Shown piece by piece: positions 1-12,837 of a stretch of DNA of 64,000 nt. The notes under the pieces are model-generated. The model did no database searches, was not told the origin of the DNA, and worked only from the letters and a program-made list of their open reading frames with translations. Made by a program: the position numbers and the translations under genes. The DNA is from the human T2T-CHM13v2.0 reference genome, Homo sapiens: the NCBI RefSeq assembly GCF_009914755.1, contig NC_060936.1; one strand, written 5' to 3'. Numbering within the stretch: the stretch's first letter is position 1; each line of letters starts with the position of its first letter.

Positions 1-650
1 TTTACATTTGCTGAGGAGTGCTTTACTTCCAACTATGTGGTCACTTTTGGAATAAGTGTGATGTGGTGCTGAGAAGAACGTATATTCTGTTGATTTGGGG
101 TGGAGAGTTCTGTAGGTGTCTATTAGGTCCGCTTGGTGCAGAGCTGAGTTCAATTCCTGGATATCCTTGTTAACTTTCTGTCTCATTGATCTGTCTAATG
201 TTGACAGTGGGGTGTTGAAGTCTCTCATTATTATTGTGTGGGAGTCTAAGTCTCTTTGTAGGTCTCTAAGGACTTGCTTTATGAATCTGGGTGCTCGTGT
301 ATTGGGTGCATACATATTTAAGATAGTTAGCTCTTCTTGTTGAATCCCTTTACCATTATGTAATGGCCTTCTTTGTCTCTTTTGATCTTTGTTGGTTTAA
401 AGTCTGTTTTATCAGAGACTAGGATTGCAACCCCTGCCTTTTTTTGTTTTCCATTTGCTTGGTAGATCTTCCTCCCTCCCTTTATTTTGAGCCTATGTGT
501 GTCTCTGCACGTGAGATGGGTTTCCTGAATACAGCACACTGATGGGTCTTGACTCTTTATCCAATTTGCCAGTCTGTGTCTTTTAATTGGAGCATTTAGC
601 CCATTTACATTTAAGGTTAATATTGTTATGTGTGAATTTGATCCTGTCAT
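1..650 (-). pseudogene. Disabled L1 ORF2 (APE endonuclease N-terminus)
   Basis: MTGSNSHITILTLNVNGLNAPIKRHRLANWIKSQDPSVCCIQETHL...; frameshifted near 345 (GFNKKS* instead of GSIQQEE). Confidence 0.9.
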
Positions 651-713
651 TATGATGTTAGCTGGTTATTTTGCTCGTTAGTTGATGCATTTTCTTCCTA
701 GCCTCGATGGTCT

Positions 714-1729
714 TTACAACTTGGCATGTTTTTGCAGTGGCTAGTACCGGTTGTTTCTTTCCATGTTTAGTGCTTCCTTCAGGAGCTCTTTTAGGACAGG
801 CCTGGTGGTGACAAAATCTCTCAGCATTTGCTTGTCTGTAAAGTATTTTATTTCTCCTTCACTTATGAAGCTTAGTTTGGCTGGATATGAAATTCTGGGT
901 TGAAAATTCTTTTCTTTAAGAATGTTGAATATTGGCCCCCAATCTCTTCTGGCTTGTAGAGTTTCTGCTGAGAGATCCACTGTTAGTCTGATGAGCTTCC
1001 TTTTGTGGGTAACCCGACCTTTCTCTTTGGCTGCACTTAACATTTTTTCCTTCATTTCAACTTTGGTGAATCTGACAATTATGTGTCTTGGAGTTGCTCT
1101 TCTCCAGGAGTATCTTTGTGGCGTTCTCTGTATTTCCTGAATTTGAATGTTGGCCTGCCTTACTAGATTGGGGAAGTTCTCCTGGATAATATCCTGCAGA
1201 GTGTTTTCCAACTTGGTTCCATTCTCCCCATCACTTTCAGGTACACCAATCAGATGTAGATTTGGTCTTTTCACATAGTCCCATATTTCTTGGAGGCTTT
1301 ATTCATTTCTTTTTATTCTTTTTTCTATAAACTTCTCTTCTCACTTCATTTCATTCATTTGATCTTCAATCACTGATACCCTTTCTTCCAGTTGATCAAA
1401 TCGGCTACTGAAGCTTGTGCATTCGTCACATAGTTCTCGTGCCATGGTTTTCAGCTCCATCAGGTCATTTAAGGACTTCACTACACTGGTTATTCTAGTT
1501 AGCCATTCATCTAATCTTTTTTCAAGGATTTAGCTTCTTTGCTTTGGGTTCGAACTTCTTCCTTTAGCTCGGAGAAGTTTGATTATCTGAAGCCTTCTTC
1601 TCTCAACTCGTCAAAGTCATTCTCCATCCAGCTTTGTTCCATTGCTGGCGAGGAGCTGCATTCTTTTGGAAGGGGAGAGGTGCTCTGATTTTTAGAATTT
1701 TCAGCTTTTCTGCTCTGTTTTTTCCCGAT
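714..1729 (-). pseudogene. Disabled L1 ORF1
   Basis: Start codon reads ATC (1729-1727) instead of ATG. Apparent 1-nt deletion near 1528, in-frame TAA near 1300, premature TAG at 743-741. The C-terminal half matches ORF1p (KRPNLHLIGVPESDGENGTKLENTLQDIIQENFPNL...). Confidence 0.85.
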
Positions 1730-2303
1730 CTTTGTGGTTTTATCTACCTTTGGTCTCTGATGATGGTGACATACAGATGGGGTTTTGGCGTGGATGTCCT
1801 TTCTGTTTGTTAGTTTTCCTTCTAACAGTCAGGACCCTTAGCTGCAGGTCTGTTGGAGTTTGCTGGAGGTCCACTCCAGACCCTGTTTGCCTGGGTATCA
1901 GCAGTGGTGGCTGCAGAACAGCGAATATTGCTGAACAGCAAATGTTGCTGCCTGATCGTTCCTCTGGAAGCTTCGTCTCAGAGGGGTACCCAGCCCTGTG
2001 AGATGTCAGTCTGCCCCTACTGGGCGGTGCCTCCCAGTTAGGCTACTCGGGGTCAGGGACCCACTTGAGGAGGTAGTCTGTCCATTCTCAGATCTCAAAC
2101 TCCATGTTGGGAGAACCACTACTCTCTTCAAAGCTGTCAGACAGGGACATTTAAGTCTGCAGAGGTTTCTGCTGCCTTTTGTTTGGCTATGCCCTGCCCC
2201 CAGAGGTGGAGTCTACAGATGCAGGCAGGCCTCCTTGAGCTATGGTGGGCTCCACCAAGTTCGAGCTTCCCGTCAGCTTTGTTTACCTAGTTAAGCCTCA
2301 GCA

Positions 2304-2627
2304 ATGGCAGGCGCCCCTCCCCCAGCCTCGCTGCTGCCTTGCAGTTAGATCTCAGACTGCTGTGCTAGCAACGAGCGAGGCTCCGTGGGCATGGGACCCT
2401 CTGAGCCAGGTGCGGGATATAATCTCCTGGTGTGCCGTTTGCTAAGACCATTGGAAAAGCGCAGTATTAGGGTGAGAGTGACCCGATTTTCCAGGTGCCG
2501 TCTGTCACCTCTTCCCTTGGCTGGGAAAGGGAATTCCCTGACCCCTTGCGCTTCCCTGGTGAGGCGATGTCTTACCCTGCTTTGGCTCACACTCGGCTGC
2601 ACCCACTGTCCTGCCCCCAATGTCTGA
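2304..2627 (+). pseudogene. L1 ORF0 homologue (antisense 5' UTR ORF) with premature TAG at codon 15 and an in-frame ATG at 2391
   Basis: ATG GCA GGC GCC CCT CCC CCA GCC... = MAGAPPPASLLPCS*; the same frame continues ISDCCASNERGSVGMGPSEPGAGYNLLVCRLLRPLEKRSIRVRVTRFSR, matching primate ORF0. Confidence 0.8.
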
Positions 2628-2730
2628 CAAGCCCCAGTGAGATGAACCCGGTACCTCAGTTGGAAATGCAGAAATCACCCGTCTTCTGCATCGCTCATGC
2701 TGGGAGCTGTAGACTGAAGCTGTTCCTATT

Positions 2731-2741
2731 CGGCCATCTTG
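2731..2741 (-). promoter_or_regulatory. YY1 site of the L1 sense promoter (CAAGATGGCCG)
   Basis: Intact motif at its expected position in the L1 5' end. Confidence 0.75.
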
Positions 2742-3166
2742 GAACCACCCCCAGTCTGTACCAGTTCTTTATGAGAGAAACTTCAAATGGATTCTTCAGA
2801 CCACTGGCTCACAATCTTCCTCCATCCCCCTAGCATGTTTGGGTGGGCTCATTAGGATCTAAAGTTCTTTGAGGATCTAAATATTTTTGGTTTTATTTTG
2901 ATGGAATGATCCCCTTATTTAATTATGTTCTCCATAAAGGAGACTCTTCAAATGCATTGCCCACTACTCTCCACAAGATGAAATTTAGATGATTGGAAAT
3001 GGGACACATACGGCCACTGTTACAGCTTCTATTCAACATTGTACCCAAGGTTCCAGCCAAAACATCAGGCAGGAAAAAGAAATAAAAGGCTTCCAGACTG
3101 GAAAGGAAGAAGTAAAACTGTCTCTATGTGCCAATGACGTGATGTTCTATATAAAAAAAAACCTTA

Positions 3167-3465
<299 letters not shown>

Positions 3466-4029
3466 TCTGCAAAGAAACAAGCATTGCATTTCTATACAGA
3501 GTAATGCTCATCTGAAAATGAAATTAAAAAATTTTCATTTATGATAGCATCAAAAAGAATAAGATTTATTCCTTAGAATAAATGTAACAAAAGAAACGGA
3601 AGACTTGTACCCTGAAAACTAAAAAAAAACTGTTGAAAGAAATAAAAGAAGATCTGAATAAATGTAAAAACATCCCAGGTTTTGCAATTGGCAAACTTAG
3701 ACTTAATATTATCAAGATGGTAATATTACTCTCCAAAGTGATCACCAATTCAATGCAATTACTATCAAAATCCCAGCTGCCATTTTTACTGAAATTGTCA
3801 AACTGATCTGAAAATTTATAGGGAAATACAAAGGACCCAGAATAGCCAAAATCATCTTCAAAAAGAGCAAATTTGAAGAGCTCACACTTTCTGATTTCAA
3901 ATCTTACTACAATGCTACAGTCATCAAAACTGTATGGTACTGGCATATAAATAGACACATGGATAAATGGAATAGAATTGAAAGTCCAGAAATAAACACC
4001 AAGTAATGGTCAATTGATTTTCTTTTTTA

Positions 4030-4853
4030 AATTTTTGTAAGTTTTTAATTATTCTGGATACGCAATAGTGTACATATTTATGAGGTACATGTGATGTTTT
4101 GATGCAGGCATACAGTGTGTAATGATCAAATTAGGGTAATTGGGGTATCCATCACCTCAAGCATTTAGCATTTCTTTATGTTAAGAATATTCCAATTCTA
4201 CCATTTTAGTTATTTTAAAATATATAATAAACTGTTGTTAACTGGAGTCACCCTACTGTGCTACTGCATACTAGAACTTATTCATTCTATCAGCCTGTAT
4301 TTTGTACCCATTAACCCTCTCCCGACTACCCTTCTTAGCCTCTGACAACCATCGTTCTACTCTCTGTCTCTGTAAGTTCATTTTTAAGCTCCCACGTATG
4401 AATGAGAACATGCAATATTTGTCTTTCTGTGCCTGGCTTATTTCACTGAACATAATGTCCTCCAGTTTCATCCATCTTGGTGCAAGCAACAGGATTCCAT
4501 TCTATTTATGGCTGAATAATACTCCGTTGTGTATCTTTACCACATTTTAAAAATTTGTTCATCCATTGATGGGCACTTAAGCTGATTCCCTATTTTGCTT
4601 ATTGTGAATACTGCTGCAATAAACATGGGGGTGCAGATTTCTCTTCCATATGCTGATTTTTTCTTTTGGATATATACCCAGTAGTGGGATTGCTGGATCA
4701 TATAATTGTTCTATTTTTAGTTTTTGAGGAGCCTCCATACTGTTCTCTATAGCAGCTGCACTAATTTACATTCCCACCAACAGTGTATGAAGGTTCCCTT
4801 TCTCGGCATGCTCACTAGCATTCATATTGCCTGTCTTTTGGATAAAAGCCATA
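4030..4853 (-). mobile_element. L1MA 3' end, antisense, nested in the older L1
   Basis: gtacatgtgatgttttgatgcaggcatacagtgtgtaatgatcaaattagggtaattggggtatccatcacctcaag is typical of the L1MA 3' UTR. Confidence 0.8.
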
Positions 4854-7800
4854 AGAGTGAGTGTCAAGACAATTCAGTGGGGTAAACAATAGACTTTTCA
4901 ACAGGTGGTCCTGAGACAACTGGTTATCCTCAGGCAAAACAACCCAGTTGCAACTCTACTTCATGCCATCCACAAAAATTAATGCAAAATCTACTTGGAA
5001 GAGCTAAAACTTGAACTCCTAGAAGAAAACAGATGGGTGTGTAAATTTTTATTACCTTGGATTAGACAATGGTTTCTTACAACTCTAAAAGCCCAAGCAA
5101 CAAAAGATAAAATAGATCAACCAGATTTCATTAAAATTTTTTTAATTGTTCTTCCAAGAACCCTATCAAGAAAGTGAAGAGACAACCTGCAGAATGGTAA
5201 CAATATTTACCAATCATTATCTGATAAGCATCTAGTATCTAGAACATATAAAGAATTATTACATCTCAATGACAAAAAGTCAAATAATTCCACTTTAAAA
5301 TGAGCAACAGATATGAGTAGACATTTCTCCAAAGAAGGTACACAAATGTCCAATATGTATACAAAATGGTGCCCAACATCATTAGTCATTAGGGAAATAC
5401 AGAGCAAAACCACAAGGAGATACCACTTCACACCCATTAGGATGGCAATAATCAAAAGACCACAGACGTTGGGAAGAAACTGAAACATTCATACATTGAT
5501 GATGAGAATGTAACATGGTACAAGATGCTATGGAAAGCAATTTGTCAATTTCTCAGAAAGTTAAACATAGAATTATCACATGATTTAGTAGTTCTACTCC
5601 CAGATATATATATATATGCAAGAGGATTGAAACTATATATCTGTACCAAAACTTGTACATGAATATTCAAGGTAGTGTTTTTTTATAACAGCCAAAATGT
5701 GGAAACAACCCAAATGTCTATTAACAGAAGAATTGATAAGCCAAATTTGGAATAGCCATACTATGGACAGTTATTCAGCCATAAAAATAATAAAGCATTG
5801 ATTCCTGCTACAACATGGACAAATATCAAAAACATGCTACGTGCAATAAGCCAGACACAGAAGACGAAATATTGTATGACTTCTCACCTTCCCTTTGCAT
5901 ACCTTCACTTCCATAGCTCTCCCCCATATCTGTGGTACGCCTATAACTAAGACTCTATTCCATGGTACCATAGGTGGCTCAGCTCCCCTGATGGAACCAA
6001 GACTGATGCAGCCATTCTTGTCTTCAGCATCCTTAGGCCACTCGAGATAGTCAATCTAGAATGAAGGCTGGTGGTCAATTTTGAAATCTTGATGCACATG
6101 AGGAGACTGTCATTTAAACCTCATCATCACTTTAATGTTATCTTTCTTTCTCTTCTGCCATCCACCTGCATCCCTATGTGACTCAGAATGTCAGCCAATA
6201 ATCCAAATTCATCATAGCTCCTAACTAAGTGAGTGGTGCAGGGTTATCATCCTTATAATGGTTACAGCTTGAGACCATGGAAACCATTGTGTGCTGAGAA
6301 GAAGCATCTAAACGTACATTCTCCACTCATGGACCAATAGGAATGTGTGAACATGGGCTGTGACGTGCTCTACCAGAAGTTTCTGGAAGGCCAGAGCTTC
6401 AATTATGCCCTGGCTTCAATACTTGGAGTTGGGTGGTGTGTCTTGGAGAGAAATCAGATGATTCAACCGCCAACCACAATGATTATCTGAATCTACAAGA
6501 TAAAAATATAAGAATGAGTCTTTGAACCTGAGAGCAGCAGCAGCAGCATCTATGTATCCAGATGAACTTTTTGTAAGGCCCAAGTCGGTTACATGTGGGT
6601 GGAAAGAAACCTGTTAAACCTTAGACCATGATTCTCAACCATTGCCTCCCAAGCCTTTGTGTCTGTAACACTTTGACATCCTGAGAGCCATCCTTGGAAA
6701 GCCTGAGTCAGTAGTTCTGGGGAGGGGCCTGAGTACCAATCCTCTAAATTTCTGCCTGAAATCATTTGCTGTTTTCTGTGTGCAAGGTGATGATGGCTAC
6801 ATTTTAGAAGAAAGTCATTCTATTTTATAGCTACATGCCAAATATTTATAGATGAAATAAACAAAAGGAAATCTCCCTGAGTGGTTGCAATGTGCAGCCA
6901 GGGTTGGCACTGCCTGGATGACACATTGCATCCAACAACCATGGGTCCACCCAAGTCATGCTTTGGATGCAGAAGTGACAGAGGCTGCCCTGCTCCCGAG
7001 AAACTTGCAGCCCCAAGGGAGAGACAAACACATGAACAAACAGTGGTCTGTGTGATGGGTGTCCTTGAAGTGGTACAAGCCAGGCACAGGGAGAAGACCG
7101 AGATGTGTGTGTGCAGTTCTCCATGGAGACGTCAGGAAGAGGCTTGGGAGAACAAGGTGATTCCTGGGCTTCTACAGGGGCCATTTGGATAATAATGGTA
7201 GCTCTTTCAGGGCTTATAGCTCTAATTTCTTTAACTTGGTTACGATTTCATTTCCTGGCTATATTGGAAGAACACATTGGCAGAGATCATCACCTTTTTC
7301 ACCCTAAAGGGCAGATCCTATGTAGGTAAGTGGTATGGTGCAGCCAGCCCCCTGGGCCATCTACACCAGAGTGGATCCAAAGCTAGTGTCCCCGACCAGC
7401 TGCGATGTGCCTCAGGATGGAGAGGAAGATTCACATAAGTGAAGACATCGGCAATTGGCAGCCTCTTGGTTTGTCTTGACCTAGCCAAGGCAACAGGTTC
7501 AAGGTGTGTCAGGAATAACCTTGCCCTTTTCAGGACACTCCCTCACCAGAGACTCTAATGGCCCCAATGGAATGTGCCTACCCTAAGACCCTACAAATTG
7601 TGGTGGAGGCCTTGGCGGCACCCAGTTTGGGCCGGGATGCTCCCTTTCTTTGAATAGAAAACACATGTAGATAGAATGCTCCATCTGCTCTGATCTCTCA
7701 AGTACTTCTCATTCAGTCCCATTTAACCAGTCACAAAGCATTTTAGAAGGCTGTGTCAATCGGAGGCTGGGATAATAGCTGTGCCATTACCTTGAGCATT

Positions 7801-8376
7801 GTTGAAACTTGAAGGCTAAAATGTGTCTCATTATTCAGGTTCTCAGAGCGATGGCATCTAGCCAAAATGGTCCCATTAACTCTCAAGGCCTTACTTTCGA
7901 TGCTCTCCACCTTTAAATAATAATTTCTTTTAAAGGAAGTGAAGAAAAGTTGTAGACTATCATTGACCTCAATACAGCAGAGTCTGTCACATCTGGAGAT
8001 ACATTATCTATGCATGGGGCTTTCGGAGTTCATCTGACGAAAGCTTGATGTACAGTTTTCAGAGTCAAGAAAATTCTCCCACCTTGGATTCAAAACAATG
8101 AGGAATTTTAAGTGTAGGCGAGGAGCCGAGGTTTCTGGTCTTGTTGGAAATGCCCTGGTGACAGCTTTCTGTGCTGAACTCTTCCTCCTCAGTCTGCAGC
8201 GCTGTTTTTCTTCCAGTGGACCCCTAATGTAAGTCTTTGGGTCTCAGTATATCTATCTAAAGTGGGGGATTGGGCTGGACTTCTAACATTCTTCTGGTTC
8301 TGAACTTCAGTGTTTCTGACTTTTTCCTATTGGCATAATCTTCTTAGATTGGTTCACAAAAACAACACAAATACTG

Positions 8377-8585
8377 AAATAGCAATAGCTAATGCTTATG
8401 GGATAGTTACCATGTGCTGTCTGTATCCTTTCCTTTAATCCCATCATCAATGTCATGAGGAAGGTTCTATCGTTCTCTCTGTTACACAGATGAGGAAATG
8501 GAAGTGCAGACCGGCTAAGTATCTTGCTCAAGATCACACAGCTGGCAAGTGTCAGAGCTGGCTTCAAACCCAGGCCTGACTGTCA
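8377..8585 (-). mobile_element. MIR
   Basis: MIR core: acagatgaggaaatgga...ttgctcaagatcacacagct...ttcaaacccagg. Confidence 0.75.
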
Positions 8586-8592
8586 ACCCTCA

Positions 8593-9217
8593 GTGTGGTC
8601 AGCCTCTCTGGTGTTATTCAGCAAATCACCCCCAAAACCTGGTGTCTCATAACAACCATCATTTTATTGTCTCTCATGGTTTATGGGGATCAAGAACTTG
8701 GGAAGGGCTTTGCCACGTGGTTCTGGCCCATGAACCCTTTTGCAGTTGTGAACAGACAGACAGTGCTGGAGTGAGAACGAGAGAAGCAGGGAGTTGTCTG
8801 GGCTTTCTTCTTTCCTCTCTCCCCCTCTCCCTCCCTCTCACGTCATCTCAGGGCCCATCCAGGTGGTGGCTCCATGAGAGCCAGTTGGGCTTCCTCACAG
8901 CATGGTGGTCTCAGGACAGCCCCAAGCTGTTCATGTGACAGCTCAGGGTCTCCAAGAGCAAGTGAATCCACAGGCCAGTTCAGAACCTGAATAACCATTG
9001 ATGACCCAGCCTGCTAGCCCCAGAAGTCACACAACACACTTGAAGTTGTGCCAATATGCTCTTTTGGCCAAAAGAGTCCCAGAATCCCACCCAGTTTCAA
9101 AGGGATGGAACACACATTCCAGCTATCAATGGGAAGAATGTCAAAGTCACATTTTAAGGGGAATGTATATAGTGAAAGTCAATGTTGGACAATCTTTGGA
9201 AAATACAGTTTGCTGCA
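8593..9217 (-). mobile_element. MLT1 (F/G/H-type) MaLR LTR
   Basis: caaatcacccccaaaacc...ttcctcacagcatggtggtctcagg...atctttggaaaatacagtttgctgca. Confidence 0.65.
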
Positions 9218-9222
9218 ATATC

Positions 9223-9643
9223 TGTATTCATCAGCTCAGGCTGCCATAAGATGATACCATAGTCTGGGCAGCTTAACCATCAGGAATTTATTCATTTCTG
9301 GAGGCTGGAAGTCCGAGACTAAGGAGCCGGCAGGGTTCTTTTCTCCTGAGGCCTCTCTCCTTGACTTGCAGATGGCCACTTTCTCTCTGTGTCTTCACAT
9401 GGCCTTTTCTCCATGTGAGAGTGAAAAGAGAGAGGTCCCTGGCATCTCTCCCTCTTCTAATAAGTACGCCAGTCCTATTGGATGAAGGCCCCATTGCACA
9501 GCCTCAGATAATCTTCATTACCTCCTTATAGGCCCTGTCTCTAGTGCAGTCACATTGAGGGTTAGGGCTTAAATTACATGAATTTAGGTGGGGGTGGGGG
9601 TGGGGGTGGGGGTGGGAGCAGAAACACAATTCAGTCCGTAATA
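9223..9643 (-). mobile_element. MLT1A-type MaLR LTR
   Basis: Full-length match: gctcagggctgccata...ctggaggctggaagtcc...cacaattcagtccgtaata. Confidence 0.8.
9589..9616 (+). repeat. (TGGGGG)4-TGGG G-quadruplex-forming repeat
   Basis: Read directly from the sequence. Confidence 0.9.
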
Positions 9644-11519
9644 ATTTTTAACTGCAAAGTCTTAAATGCTTTACTGCACTTGCAGAAAAAATAGCTAGTA
9701 TGATAGAAAAAAAAGAAAAGAAAACAATACACAATTTTGGGGACTTTACTTACTACTTTACGTAGTAAGTAAGATTACTTACTACGTAAATATGAACAAA
9801 TCACTGAATATCTCATAGCCCTGGCACCCTTGTCAGTGTTAGAGAGCCCTAGTGAGCAAGTTTCAATTAGAGTCCTTTGGTTGCAAGCAACAGAAATCAA
9901 CACTGGCTACATTAAGCAAAGTCAGGGCTCATTGGGAAGGAGATGGTTGGCTCCCAGAACCAAAGGACCTGATGGAAATGCAGTCAGGGAAAGGAATGAG
10001 AACAGACAGATCAAGGTGCCGGTGGCCAATCAACCAACAGTCTTGAGAGGGCACCAGAGACAAGATAGATTGTTTCCAGCATGCTTCTCTTCCCTCCATG
10101 CTCCTACATCCCTCTGCTCAACTTCCAAAATCCTAGGAGGCATCTCTAGTGTCAGTGTGAGTTACTTGCTCAACTAGCTCTGGCTAGTACCACACCTTGA
10201 AAGACAGTTCTGCCAAGATTGCAATCAAAGGAGTCTGTGGGGGGCTAGTTATTCCAAGTTCTTCCGGGATGAAATTGGGGCCCTGGTACCCACCCCCATG
10301 GAGGAGAAACATAGCAACCAAAAAATTGACAAGTGTTCCTCATATTATAGGGCTGTTGTAAAAATAGCGTGATATGTAAAACATGCCAAACCTGATGTCT
10401 GACACCTAGGAGGCCCTCAATAGCCATTGCCCATTATTAAAAAGTATAATCAATGTGCTTGACTACTCCTCTGCTCAGTGTGTGTCTGGGCGTTGCCCTG
10501 CAAATGTGAGGGCTACTCAATGTCAATTGAGTGATGAACTGGATGAATGAGTGACATTCAAATTCTCCATATAGAGGACACAAAGACTCATCTCAGGGCT
10601 TGGCCTCCCTCCTGGAAGACAGCTCTGAGGAGGGAGGTCAGAGAGCTGAGGAGTGGTCAGACCCGTGGGATTTGGGATGGCACTTGCATTCCACAGAGCC
10701 TCCCAGTCCCCATGTTTTAGAGCCTCTTTCATCAGAATGGGCTGTGTTCTGCTGCATGTAACTGAAAACCAGACCATGGCGGCATAAATATGGAGCATTT
10801 TGGGTTTTGTTGGCCCTGGTTTTGTTCTTCTGTATCAAGCCTGGATATAAGCAGTTCATGATGCAGCCAGCAGCCCCACTCGTTCTGCAGGACCCAACCT
10901 CGCCGTCATTAATATGTGGCTTTTATACCCATGGTCGGCAGCTAGCAGACACGTCTCTAGACATCATGCCAGCTCTCCAGATGCAGGAGAAAGCAGTGGG
11001 GAATGGCTGGGGGCAGCCAGCCTCAGCATCATCTGCATTACATGGGTCTCCTGCAGATCTGCTTTCCAGTGAGCATCTCAAAGAACAAAACCCTATGAAC
11101 CAGAAAAACACAAGTTTCCTTCCAAAAAGAGGCAGGTGCTCAAGTCAACATGTGGGAGATGTTTGGGTTTTCCTTGCAGAGTTCTAGACCAAAGATGTGG
11201 AGGAGTAGATTTGCCATGACTGCACGGCTGCCTCAAGATCTTCCAGGTTTCCTCTTCTCCAAGACTTGGACATAGGAGGGGGCTCTGGTGGGAGCTATTT
11301 GAGGAGGATGCAGAAGTGTATGTGGGTCATCCAGCTTAAATTTAAATTGGGGTAACATTACCCTAGGCCATTGTGGGTAGGTTTCATGGAGATCTGTTGC
11401 CTTAACCTGCCTGGCTTCCGTCTCCCTTCCTCTGAAAATGCTGCTCTCTGCTTCTGTTGGTAATGCCCGGCCTCCCCATGCACCATCCCAGTGGCTCCCA
11501 TGCTCCTGTCCTCACCACC

Positions 11520-11957
11520 AGATTCCAAGGTTGGGCACATGAAGTAGACTTGGCGAATCAGAATGTTCATCTCCATTGGCCACAGTGTTTGCCTCCAGAA
11601 TGGGCTGATGCCCTTAGCAGGAACAGACAGGGTCACAGTGAGTGCTGGACGGTGTGACCACGACCTCAGACTCAATTCTGAAACTTTGCTGTAGCTGATG
11701 GGAAAAGGCACCCTCTTTCTTCAGCATTGTGAACTAGTGGTGGCCACTTTTCCTACCACCCCAGGAGAGCATACCCTGAAAAGGAAGCCCACAGAGAGAA
11801 AAGCAGATCCCAGGGAAAAAGAAGTCCTGGTTTACCTGGCTTTGGGGCTCCTAGATTAATTTAAAGTGTTTGGTTTTCTGTTTTCCACCATTTTTTTCTT
11901 GCTTAAATCAGTCTGAGTTGGGTTTCTGCTGCTTACAACCAAAAAATCCCTGACCAA
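11520..11957 (+). mobile_element. Old MLT1/ERVL-type LTR fragment
   Basis: End motif cagtctgagttgggtttctgctgcttacaaccaaaaaatccctgac. Confidence 0.5.
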
Positions 11958-12153
11958 CCCAGGCTGTCCCACACCCCGGGTGACCGCTGTTCCTGTTTAT
12001 TTTTTATTCCATTACTGCATACTTCACCTGGAGACCTAACTGTACTTGGGAAATGCTGGACCGTGCAGAGAGGGATGTGATAATGAGATTTTAGGATCGA
12101 GAGAGAGAAGAAACTGAAACCCTTGTAATCGTGTGCGAAGGTTTGTCCAGGTG

Positions 12154-12198
12154 TTTTTTTCTTTTTTTTTTTTTCTTTCTTTTTTTTTTTTTTTTTTT
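12154..12198 (+). repeat. Poly(T) tract
   Basis: Read directly from the sequence. Confidence 0.9.
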
Positions 12199-12837
12199 AA
12201 ATAAGACCAAGCCATCCCCGCAGCTTAGTCTTTCAGATGAAAATCCAAAGGACAGGATTTCTCCCGAGGCACTGTCTGTGTGCTTCATTTCCTTGCATTG
12301 CCTTGTAGGAAAAGCTCCAGAAACATCAGTGAGAGATGTTTGAAAAATCTCCGTGAGTCCCAACATGACGGGGAGCTGCTTCAGGTTTTTTCTGGGCTGT
12401 TTTCAGGGCTGCCAACTCAGCCAGCAATCCTGAGTCATCAAATCGTTTAAACGTTTTATATGTTTCGAAAGGTGTGAAACCACTCTTCACTGACAAATTT
12501 TTGATGAAGTGAGCAAACTCTCCCAGAAGCATGTTTTGAAGGAGAAAGGGACTCACTCCTCCAAGGCTCCGCAGACTTCTCTGTGAGTAATCATATCATT
12601 TTGGTGATAGGAAACTGGCTGAGGCATGGGAACCTGAGGACCATTTTGTAAAGTGGGATTAAGATGCTGTGTGAGGAGATGGTGAAAAATCCACTCAGAT
12701 GGAGCTCTAACCGGTTTTTTCACCCAGGTACTAACATATTGTCTGATCTGTGGATTCTTGCTGAATATTAACCATGATGTGGCTGTACTAACTCTGATAG
12801 TCTGGAGTCACCTTGACACCCTTGGTTTGTCTGTGGG

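Larger units (their letters stand above)
1..2752 (-). mobile_element. L1PA (about L1PA4-L1PA6) 5' portion: complete 5' UTR, ORF1 and start of ORF2; continues beyond the left edge of the window
   Basis: Minus strand begins GGGGGTGGTTCCAAGATGGCCGAATAGGAACAGC. ORF1p and ORF2p endonuclease peptides appear in the ORF track. The 129-bp 5' UTR segment absent from L1HS is present (~1859-1987). Confidence 0.95.

Noticed and set aside
1-2752. Potentially active L1
   Set aside because: ORF1 start codon lost, stops and frameshifts in ORF1 and ORF2. The candidate TSD (2753-2770) cannot be verified because the 3' end lies outside the window.
12154-12198. Orphan poly(T) as a retroposed insertion
   Set aside because: No adjacent element body and no clear TSD
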